DNA of 64,000 nucleotides from Eledone cirrhosa (taxonomy: Eukaryota). A program made the translations under genes and the position numbers. Under the pieces are notes generated by a model. That model saw only the letters and a program-made list of their open reading frames with translations. It had not been told where the DNA came from and did not search any database. The stretch lies in the NCBI GenBank assembly GCA_964016885.1, contig OZ024751.1, positions 5,704,001 to 5,768,000 on the forward strand, written 5' to 3'. Within the stretch, counting starts at the first letter, position 1. Each line of letters begins with the position of its first letter. Positions 53,331 to 64,000 of this stretch are shown here, piece after piece.

Positions 53331-54140
53331 TGTCAATGTCATTTGAAGATATTTTTGTTGCCAAATGAGTGTACATGTCTACGGTGTACATGTCGCACTT
53401 TACTGGGCCAAAGACTTGGCCTCTCTTGATGAGCTCCATGAGATTGATAAGCTTCAGCCGAAAATCTCGAGCCAGGAGATCATGCCTGTCTTTGGCCTGT
53501 TGCTCTTGGAACAGTTATGCCCCGATCTCCTTCCGCTTTGGGTTGCAAGTGAATGTGATGAACAGATCGGGCCTGCCGTAATGCCGTACGTAGGTCATAG
53601 CATCCTGCGTTCTCTCGTGCATGTAGCGCGGACTTCCGGTGAAGTTGGAGGGGAGAATGCAAACTTTTCCTACGCTGCTGGGAGCTGCGTCATTGTTGAT
53701 GGCATCTCGGAAATGGATGTAGCTCTCGGACCGCAGTTGCCTTTGGTGTGACCGTATGAAACCCAGTCTCTCCGATTCCATTTTTGCGTACATGTCAACG
53801 GCAAATTGCTGAAGTAGGTCTCTTGACTGGTGCAGGTGATTGAAGGAATCGTGGCGAACCATGAAGCGGTAGGAGTAGAAATCCATGCATGAAACTGGTT
53901 TTTTGACGGAGTTTTGAGTGTTAACTGGATTATGCTGGTGAATTCTGCACTGATAGCCGTCCTCACCATTTACAAACAGAAGTGGATACTGGAGCACATC
54001 GTAAGACCTATGTGTTTCGCTGATTCGCTGAATAGTGCTATCTCGACGCTTGAGGACAATGTCTCGTGGATTATGCTGACCTCCATGCAGCGATTTCATT
54101 GCATGCGGGATAATTATACCGACCCGGATGCTCCCCAGAT
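53331..54140 (-). pseudogene. Inverted segment of Helitron Rep domain
   Basis: SGEHPGRYN, HRSYDVLQYPLLF, LQQFAVDMYAK, LPSNFTGSPRYM, YGRPDLFITFTCNP on the minus strand. Confidence 0.9.
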
Positions 54141-54370
54141 TAAAGGTGAACACACACGACCCTTTCTTAGCCCTCCTTCATGAAATTGGAAATTTATTTT
54201 GTTCACAACAATTATTTCTTTTATGAACTCAGAATTGATTTCATTATGTGTTCCAATTGAAGAATAAATTGAATTTTGAATAACACATTTCTATACAACA
54301 TATTTTGCTCTTTGCTTCTAATATATTAGGAACAATTTCATTCCCGGGCAACGCCGGGTGCCTATGCTAG

Positions 54371-54815
54371 AATATATCTAAAACAGAGAATGTCTGTCTG
54401 TCTGTCTGTCTGTCTGTCTGACTCCCTAAAACTCGAGAACCACCCAACCGATTGTTTTCAAACTTTACACAAGTAATACTTATGGTCGTGTGAGTGTTTT
54501 GAGCAAACAGTATTTTAAAGTTTCAATGCCCTAGGGACCGCATTAGGCGATTTAGCGATCTCTCTCTATAATTCTTAGTCTTTCTTTTTAGATAGATACA
54601 TAGCTATAACGTCGCGCCCTTATAATATCTGTCTGTATGTCTGGCTGTCTGCATTACGACATTATGACGCTATATGTGTGTGTGTATATATGTATATATA
54701 GTGTGTAACGTTTTTCGAAATATTTACTTCTGCGTTTACAGATTGATTTATTTTGCTTCAGAAGATCTCGCTAAGGGTGAAAGCAGCGATTATTTGCTTA
54801 AACTTTAATCTGTTA

Positions 54816-54883
<68 letters not shown>

Positions 54884-55035
54884 TAATTATATATTTGTGT
54901 ACAGATATGTTTGCATACACAATAACAAAATATAAACAAAAGTATTTATTTCACGAAGCTCGATAAGGATAAATATATATCAAATATATAAGAACCCTAG
55001 AACAAATACCGAGCAACGCCGGGCCATTCTGCTAG
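54371..55035 (+). mobile_element. Short non-autonomous Helitron directly abutting the previous one
   Basis: Related 5' end AAAACAGAGAATGTCTGTC..CCCTAAAACTCGAGAAC; 3' CCGAGCAACGCCGGG..CTAG|T. Confidence 0.8.
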
Positions 55036-55095
55036 TATATATATATATATATATGGGAGGAGGTTATAGTTCACTTGAAGCATTGTGTAATGAGG

Positions 55096-55455
55096 TATAA
55101 ACGTTAGAATATGTGTAATAAGGCCAAGACAATGCAGATATGGACATAGAAAAAAGAATGCAATAGTGAGAGATATTGATGAGAATTCGTCTTTCACCTT
55201 GAATTTATTTAAATGTCCTTAATTTTCGAGATAATATCTCTTCTTCGGAGGGAAGTAAAAGTCTCAGATGAGCGTCTTAAATTTCCAATGAAGCCATGCT
55301 TTCCGGTCAGCATGGCTTCATTAAGGCTTCGAAAATTAAGGACATTTAAATAAATTCAAGGTGAAAGACGAATTCTCATCAATATCTCTCACTGTTGCAT
55401 TCTTTTTTCTATGTCCATATCTGCATTGTCTTGGCCTTATTACACATATTCTAAC

Positions 55456-55462
<7 letters not shown>
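55096..55462. repeat. Fold-back, ~133-bp arms with an inner 14-bp hairpin
   Basis: 55096-55229 / 55329-55462 are reverse complements (mirrored ORFs MKDEFSSISL...). Confidence 0.92.
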
Positions 55463-55504
<42 letters not shown>

Positions 55505-55505
<1 letters not shown>

Positions 55506-56317
55506 GTTATATATATAAAAGTAGAAGGGGCACGCATCTCCGCTAATAAGAACATTTTTGACAATAAGGCTGAATATTATAATGAAGCTTAAAATATAGC
55601 AGGTTATACAACTAAGATTAAATACATCGAAAACAGTAATAAATGTATCTTCAATATCTATACCTATTTTGACTAAATAGTCTCACACTAACGAATAAAA
55701 CATTAAACCGGAGATTTTTCCGTATCTTCCCATTTTCAATCATATAAATATTCTTCTTAACTCAGTTAATTTAATTTGATTTAACTTAATATATATTTAC
55801 ATAAAATACAAAAGCAATATCCCTCATAACTCATCCCATCTATTTATATACCCATCTATTTATTTATTTATCTACTTATAATAGAAGAAAAATATTATAT
55901 TATAAACAAATTTTAAACAACTAATATACGTACTATTAAGATATATACTTAGAATATATTTCCCTCAAATTAACGTTATATGAGTTTTTATTCATCTTCC
56001 CTTTTTTTCTTTCTTCTCTCTCTCTCGCACTATTTTATGATCTTCTCTCTCCATAGTGGTTTAAATAAATGGTTGTTTTTAAATTATTTACATATTCATT
56101 TGCATATTCACCCATAAGCTTGAAAAATCCCTAATATATTTCCGCTATCCAGAGAATATCCAACCGATAAGGTATGATTTTCATGGGTATGTCTCTATTT
56201 ATAAAACAAACTTTGTATTTTATCTGAGGAAAGCGTACCAATGTGTTTTGTTACCCTTGAAATATATGTAATAAAATAATTATAGTTTTATAAATATAGT
56301 TTCCATTTATTTAATAT

Positions 56318-56322
<5 letters not shown>
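55505..56322 (+). mobile_element. Internally deleted Hydra-like PLE
   Basis: ISANKNIFDNKAEYYNEA*NIAGY thumb-like fragment, then a terminus with a hammerhead. Confidence 0.6.
56216..56278 (+). ncRNA. Minimal type-I hammerhead
   Basis: TATTTTAT-CTGAGGA-AAGCGTACCA..TGTTACCCTT-GAAA-TATAT-GTA-ATAAAATA; perfect 8-bp stem I. Confidence 0.75.
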
Positions 56323-56374
<52 letters not shown>

Positions 56375-56484
56375 TGTGTGCGTGTGTGTGTGGAAAGGGT
56401 AACGCACTAGAGAGAGATACAGTGCGCTATCAATAAAACAGGGGAAACCACCAGTGTATGGAATGACGAGAGTCTATGGCTCCG

Positions 56485-56576
<92 letters not shown>

Positions 56577-56580
<4 letters not shown>

Positions 56581-59433
56581 TAAAAGGAAAAGAAAATGGT
56601 GACAAATTTTTTCCAGTGAAAAATACTTTAATTAGGAATAAGTAAAAATTAGTAATAAGTATTGGTTAGTATTCAGTTTCAGTTTTAACTTTTTACCGGT
56701 TGCGCATTTCTAATGCTTTTCAAAATTTCTCAGTGAAAAATAGTTTAATTAGGAATAAGTAAAAATTAGTAATAAGTATTGGTTAGTATTCAGTTTCAGT
56801 TTTAACTTTTTACCGGTTGCGCATTTCTAATGCTTTTCAAAAATAATTTTGAGATAGAGCGCCCGTGATGTTTGCTCTAATCTGACCAGTTTTGGAAATT
56901 CTACCTGTTTTATGTGAAAAAAGTGGCTCCAGAGGTATTAAGATTTGGTTGGTTGTTGAATGTCACGTGAATGAGTACTATAAGTTTCGCGCCAATTCGT
57001 GTTGCAAAAATACTTGTAGTCAAAACAATTTTTATTGGTCGGTAGAGGTCACGTGAATGTTAAAAATTGATTTTGCGCCAAATGTAGGTTTGTGGAAGAG
57101 TGTCCCTTTTCGCCTGATTGAGAAGTCACTGAAAAATAAGTCTTTTAAGACAAATATGTGTGTGTGCGTGTAGTAAAGAGGTTCATTGTTGTGATAATGG
57201 TTAGTCGGGATGTGTGTGTGAATTGCAGTCATGTTGAAAGGTCAACAGTTCAGGTGTCTATTAAGACAAATATGTGTGTGTGTATATGTCTGTTTGTATG
57301 TTAGTGTACGCGTGTGTATGTGTGTGTGTGTATATGTGTGTGTGTATATGTGTGTATGTATGTGTGTGTGTGTGTGGATGGACCAGTATTTTTGTGATAC
57401 TGGTAAAAATGGTGTATATTATTCGATATTTTCAGTAATTTGCAAAAACGATTCTCTCAAAAGAACATCAAAAACATTAATAATAGAAGGGTGAAATGAT
57501 GTATAGTATTTTCATAACCCCAATGTGTGTGCGAGTGTCCAGATTGTACGTACTGCAAGGGGAATGCATTAGACCCTGCCGTATGGGAATACTTGTGTAC
57601 AAATATGTATGTGCCCATCAGTGTGCAATGCATGTGTGCGTATATGTGTGTGTGTCGGCACGTTAATATCTATAGACATCAAAAGGTAAGCAAATTTGTG
57701 TATATTTGTGTTGCACCATAGAACATGTGTGTTTACGTATGTCATTGTGTTTATATGTGGATAGAAATGTATGTAGGATGTATGCTGGCGTAGGTATGTA
57801 TGTTGACGTGTGTATGTTGTGGGTTCGTCTTAGGGAGAAGTGTTTAGACGGGGTCCGTATTTGTTAATGAAGTGACATTCCTTGCTGATGTGCTGCGTGA
57901 GGGTGGCATTATCTTTAAATTTGTAGAGGGGAAAGATTCTAAAGTTGGGATGATTTTGGGCGGCACAGGTATCAATGTGTTCACTCAGTGGTATTTTTCT
58001 GTATTCCCGTATTTTAATTTGGGATCTATGGACAGTCATGCGTTAGCGGAGGCTAATTTTGGTCTGGTCCATGTATTGTTCTCGACAACCTGAGCAAGTT
58101 AATACATATATTAGATTTTCTGATGCGCATGTGAAATTGTGTTTTACTATAAAACGTTGTCCTTGTTTGAAATAGAATTCCGAACCCTCTATTAGGCTGA
58201 TGCATATGCCACAGCTGGGTCTATCGCATTTATTTACTGTGGGTTTCGTTGTTGTGGTTGGCAGTACTTTGGCATGTGTTACGATGTTTTTCATTGATTT
58301 AGATTGTCTTTTGCTCTTTATGATATCGTGTGTTCGAAGGACTTGGTTCATTCTATGGTCCTTTTTTAACACAGGGATGTTCTGGAGGATGGTGTCAAAG
58401 GCTTCATTGTTGAGGGTGTTGTGTGTGGAGATGTATCGAAGAGCTTTTAGTTTCGGTTGATTTACTTTAGGGTGTCTAAGGTCCTGGGTACTGAGTTTTA
58501 GGGCACGTTGGATTCCATTGTCAATTAGTGATGCAGGGTAGTCCCTGCCTATGAGTGTGTCCTTTAGTTCTTGTAGTCGTAAGTAACAGGTATTTTTATT
58601 GGAGACTATAGTACAGATTCTCTTGACTAAGTTGTAAGGAATATTAATTTTAACGTGTCTAGTGTGGCAAGAGTTGAAAGAAAGATATTGCTTGGAGTCT
58701 GTGGGCTTGTAGTATATGTCTGTTTCTATTTTTTGTTATGGATCTTAATGAGGATGTCGAGGAAGGGGAATTGTTGATGGTTGTATTCCATCGTAAAGTT
58801 AATATTCGTGTTGAGCCCATTTATAAGGGTGTGGAATTCTTTAAGTTTCTCGATGTTTGTGTGCCAAAGGATGAAGGAGTCATCTAGATATCGCTTCCAG
58901 TTCTTTTCTATGTGTAAGTGGAGAGTATTTCCAAATTTGTTTAGTACTTTAGTGTAGAGGGTGATTTCCAGGTATCCCATGACTAGGTTGGCATAAGTGG
59001 GGGCTGTTTTCGTTCCCATAGCGGTCCCATATTTCTGCCTGTAGGATTTGTTATTGAAAACGAAGTAATTGTTCTCCAAGATAAATTTGAGTCCCTCTAT
59101 CACGAATTCTTTTTTGATGCGTTGTGGGAGTTCATTGTGGTAATTATCCAGCCAGAATTGGATTACTTCTATTCCTAGGTAGTGGGGGATGTTGGAGTAT
59201 AGGTTGACTACATCGAACGTCACTAGTAGGGTTTGTTCAGAAAGGGGCATATTAGGAGGTGATTGAGCATATCTACGTCGTCCCTTATATAGCTTTTGAT
59301 GTGTTTGAGAAAAGGCTTGAGGAGGGTATGAATGAAGTTGTTAAGGCGGTGGGTTTCGCAAGCGGGGCCTGCTATTATAGGACTTAATTTGAGATCATTG
59401 GATGAGGGGACATTGATGACTATGTCTGTGGCT
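56577..59433 (-). mobile_element. Neptune-like Penelope element, 5'-truncated (RT, Zn linker, GIY-YIG)
   Basis: GTAMGTK, RYLDD, FLDILI, KCDRPSCGIC, TCASENLIYVLTCSGC..Y..QT; same family as 18316-20425; ~117-bp tandem duplication at 56614-56843. Confidence 0.9.
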
Positions 59434-59459
59434 TGCTCTCTCTCTCTCTCTCTCTCTCT

Positions 59460-59509
<50 letters not shown>

Positions 59510-59681
59510 CAGATTGACTTTGTTAGTTTCAGAAGATCCCGTTAAGGGTGAAAGCAGCGATTCTTTGCTTAAACTTTAATCTGTTATTTTAATAAATATT
59601 TGCTCTACGGTTCTTATATATTTGATATATATTTTCCTTATCGAGCCCTCTTTGGATTTTAGTCTTCAATTTTATTATTAT

Positions 59682-59717
<36 letters not shown>

Positions 59718-60300
59718 CTATAATTTGGTAGGGTCCCGTTATCAATAAAAACAGTGGCATCTACAATTTTCCCTTCAGCTTTATCTTTCGTTAAATGACT
59801 AGTCTATTACGCAGTAGCTTCATAAGAGTTAAATTATTTTCGTCACACATACTTGCACATCTGTGTCTCCTCTCAGTTCTAGTTTTTTTATACTTCATCC
59901 TCTTAACTTTACGTGGGATGTATGTGGTCCGCGTCTGTAGTTTTGTGCGTACGTAAGCCTTAGTATTTCTCCTCCAACATTTTGTGCGCATGTATGTATG
60001 ATGTTTTAACTCTCTAACCTGTATTTACGTAGTTATTGTTCATTTCTTGTGTTCCGTCATGGGTTACTCTATGCTTATTTGTGCAAACCTTTAGGTTCAT
60101 TCAAATATGTACATCTATTGAGGGTGGGCTTTACATTCTGTTATATGCGTGGTTTCCTTAATCTCTCTAAGCATTGCGTCCTTTCGATATTTAGATATAG
60201 TTATCTTATCACAATGTTTTCTGTGAGCGAGTATTTGGTAGTTTGATATGATGGTAGAGCACTGATCGGGAGAGTATTCCCTATTCATAAGCTGGAACAA

Positions 60301-60412
<112 letters not shown>

Positions 60413-60519
60413 GCGAGAGAGAAAGAGTGCGAGAGTTAGATAGATAGATAACTAGATAACTATATATATATATATGTATATATATGTATATATATGTATA
60501 TATATATATATATATGTAA

Positions 60520-60643
<124 letters not shown>

Positions 60644-61413
60644 CTAATTTTCAGTTAATATCATTCCATAGTTTTGTCAGTATCCGACAATTTTCTTTCA
60701 TAGGCCCATTATTAGAGTCGAATAATATCTTTCATTGCATGAGTCCCCTTCCCCGTCAAAATATATAAGAACAAAACTCTCAAATAGATCATAGATGCTC
60801 TGTATTTAATATACTGCATTATTATTGTGATTGTTGAAGTAGTAATAATCATGAACAATACTAAGTCACAATAGAATTAAGCTATTGAATGTAGGTTCTT
60901 TAATCATATAATTATATTCAGCCTAGGGTGCTGTGTCATCATTGGTTTTTATTTATTATTTAACAATCAATTCCTTTTATTCTCACTCCAAACTATAACT
61001 AAATTCGTGTATATACGTGTACGTATATACATACATATACGTACCATACATGCATACATACCATACATGCATACATACACAAAGACACACACACACACAT
61101 ATATATATATATATGTATGTGCTTACATGTGTATGTACGAACACACACAGAATTGCCGAAAGATAAAAGCACACACTCACGAACACACACATAGGCATAT
61201 ATATATATATATATATATATGTACACTTGTAAATATGTATATATCTACACACAAACACACGCATATATATATATATTCAGGTTTGAGGTTCACCACTGGA
61301 TAGAGCTGGTCTATTCCGTATGGTCAATCGTAATGTAATAATATAGAGAGTACTCAACGTAAAGCAGTTCAACCGTCTTTGTTTTTGTAGTTGGTGGTGC
61401 TATTACAGAGTTA

Positions 61414-63294
61414 AATATTATAATGAAATGACAGAAGGCTGGATTTGTGTAAATCCTTGAAAGGTTTATTATACTATGATCATTTCAATGACCAGGTTCC
61501 GTATGAATCCTGTGATATCATCAGGTATTCGAAATATAATACATGAATGTAATAGATAAAATCCATGGGGCTGAAAATCGAGGACCCGAGGGCGGCGGCT
61601 ATACTGCACCTTCTACCTTAGCCGGTCGCCCTCGAGTGACGTGGCTAAAGCTTACAGTGTGCTACTACCGGTCAGGGGGAAGGAAGATAAGTCTGCGGGA
61701 GGAAGACAGAAAGAGGGGAGAAGAGAAGGAAGAGAAGGAAGAAGTAGAAAAGTAAGGGTTGATGGCTACAAGAAGGAAGATAGAAAGAAAGAGGGAGAAA
61801 GGTCGATATTAATGTCAGATTACAGTCAGGCCAGAGGTGGCGCGAGAAAATTTTCACAGGGACCCGTATCTGAGCAGTGGTGAATATATTGGGGGTCAGT
61901 GTGTTATAATGTGTGAGCAGAATATTGGAACGTTACGTTTTTGTTTAGACTTATAGGATGAAGTTAAAAATTAATAATTAATATTTAATATTAAAGAAAT
62001 TAGAAAACTTAAAGTTAAACAGTTTAACGTTTTAAAGTTGATATATCTAATAGTTCTGAGTTGATCTGTAATTTAAAGGTACTATGTGGCGGTTAAAACA
62101 CCGGCCGCGCTCAAGGCCCCCGGGGCGAATTAAACCACTCCGAGTAGTTTCATTTACCGAAAGAAGGGGAAATTTATTTTTCCAAGCACTCCAGGTAGGC
62201 TCATGCGCCAGGGGGCTGGTCGCGCCGCCATTAAAACCCACCCAACAGTCCGACAGAAAGTTGGAACTTTAAAATATTGCTTAAATTTATAGGATGAAGT
62301 TGAAAGAATTCAGAATAACATTATAAAATTAAAGAGTAAGACGATTGAGAATTGAACAAACAGTAAACTGAAAATTAAACATTTAAAAAAAAACTTCTAT
62401 TAGGTTTTTGGTTGCGGGGTTTAATTAAAGAGAGTCTTTTATGAAGAAACGTTAATTGTATTATGTAGATCTATAATTTATCCTAGTGGGATGTAGAGTA
62501 CGGGATATAGTCGTGTAATATTTATTTTTGTTCTCAAGGGAGACATTCTAGTGTCGTGTGCTAATGGGTACAAGTGAGCAAAAGTCCCAATAGGAGGAGT
62601 AGAAATACATGGATACATAGAAGTGGAATACGTGGAAGAGCACATTGATAAAGCAAAGGTATAAATATATAAGCATTTCAATATATAGATATAAATATGT
62701 AAATAAACCAAGAGTGGTGTTGGAGTAAGATGGAGAGTTCAAGACACAGGAGAAATACAATATAGTTCAGGTTGCAGTATTTATGTTCCCAGGGGGAGAT
62801 ATTCCAGTGTCGTGTGCTAAGGGTATACGCGAGTAAAAGTCCGAATAAGGGAAGTAAAAAGTACAGGGATGTATAGAGGTAGAATACGTGGAAAAGCATT
62901 TATACAGCAAATAAAGATATAAAGATATAAATAAACAAACAAGAGTCGTTGTCTAGTAAATGGAGAGTTCAAGACACAGGAGAAATACAATATAGTTCAA
63001 GTTGCAGTCAGATAATGCATATAGATGTGGAAATGGAATCAGTGTGTGTTCGAGTCTGGGAATTCAGTGTGAGTTATACATACCCAGAAGTATAGGGTTG
63101 CGAATTTAGTTAATACAGTGCAGTCCTCGATTTTAAGCCCCATGGATTTTATCAATTACATTCACGTATTATATTTCGAATACCTGATGATATCACCGGA
63201 TTCATACGGAACCCGGTCATTGAAATGATCATAGTATAATAAACTTTTCAAGGATTTACACAAATCCAGCCTCCTGTCATTTCATTATAATATT
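61414..63294 (+). mobile_element. PLE-like element bounded by ~172-bp inverted repeats, non-coding or unrecognised body
   Basis: 61414-61585 / 63123-63294 IR, each with a hammerhead; internal direct repeat 62537-62779 / 62791-63008. Confidence 0.7.
63180..63237 (+). ncRNA. Minimal hammerhead with palindromic stem III; mirror at 61471-61528 (-)
   Basis: ATAC-CTGATGA-tATcACCGG..CCGGTcATt-GAAA-TGATCA-TA-GTAT. Confidence 0.68.
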
Positions 63295-63305
63295 ATATAT
63301 ATATT

Positions 63306-63359
63306 CATTCTGAGGATTGAAAGCAAAATCTTTTGCTTTTAAGTAACCACTGGTAAATG
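63306..63359 (+). ncRNA. Hammerhead-like motif with GAAA>GTAA change
   Basis: CATT-CTGAGGA-TTGAAAGCAAAA tc TTTTGCTTTTAA-GTAA-CC act GG-TA-AATG. Confidence 0.55.
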
Positions 63360-63470
63360 GAATAATTGCCTTATGTTGTTTATTACATAACTATTAAGCT
63401 CTGTTACCTACATAGAGCACTTCTTTTTTCCTGGACTTTTCCGACGTAATTACTTCACATATATATATAT

Positions 63471-63534
<64 letters not shown>

Positions 63535-63570
63535 GCGTGTACTTGTGTGTGGCTATACACATCTTTACAA

Positions 63571-63621
<51 letters not shown>

Positions 63622-63671
63622 CGTGTGTTAGTGTGTAGATATACACATGTTTACAAGTGTACATATATATA

Positions 63672-63737
<66 letters not shown>

Positions 63738-64000
63738 TATGTGTTTGTTCGTGAATGTGTGCTTTTATCTTTCGGCATATCTCTATGTGTACGTACACAC
63801 ATATATATATATATATATATACGTGCAAGCAAATAAACGAAATAAATTAATTATATGTGTTTGAAAATCGTGAGAGAATATTAATGTAGGCGTCTCTCTC
63901 GTTTTTGAACCAATATACTTCACTGTGAAAAATTGAAGTTTCAAGCGTATATATACTTTCCATAATATACCTGCACACACACCACAAAGAGATTTTATTC

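Larger units (their letters stand above)
51247..54370 (+). mobile_element. Deleted and rearranged Helitron derived from an autonomous element
   Basis: A|TCTATATATATAAAACAGAGG 5' end; hairpin CCCGGGCAACGCCGGG at 54343-54358 and CTAG at 54367-54370; RepHel fragments. Confidence 0.9.

Noticed and set aside
59791-60300. Short minus-strand ORFs, possibly TE-derived
   Set aside because: No recognisable motif

Overview
AT-rich eukaryotic, repeat-saturated DNA, most likely from an octopod cephalopod (inferred from recognisable octopus-type tRNA-derived SINEs and dense (TA)n/(CA)n/(TAA)n microsatellites). There is one 200-N gap and no confidently identifiable host gene; the long Tyr/Ile-rich ORFs are microsatellite artefacts. 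The window holds decayed transposons: Helitrons (one with a precise internal inversion that has lost its HUH motif), a TIR/DDE hAT-superfamily element with 7-bp TSDs, a head-to-tail stack of R4/Dong RLE LINEs at (TAA)n, CRE and RTE fragments, many SINEs, and several Penelope-like elements (PLEs; Neptune-like and Hydra-like). The most striking signal is RNA-level. At least 9 sequence-distinct type-I hammerhead ribozyme (HHR) motifs can be folded by eye, including one canonical full-size HHR and recurring non-canonical cores (CAGANGA, CCGACGA). They sit in about a dozen fold-back/inverted-repeat structures that mostly look like PLE termini. All folds and family names are by eye and from memory, not computed.
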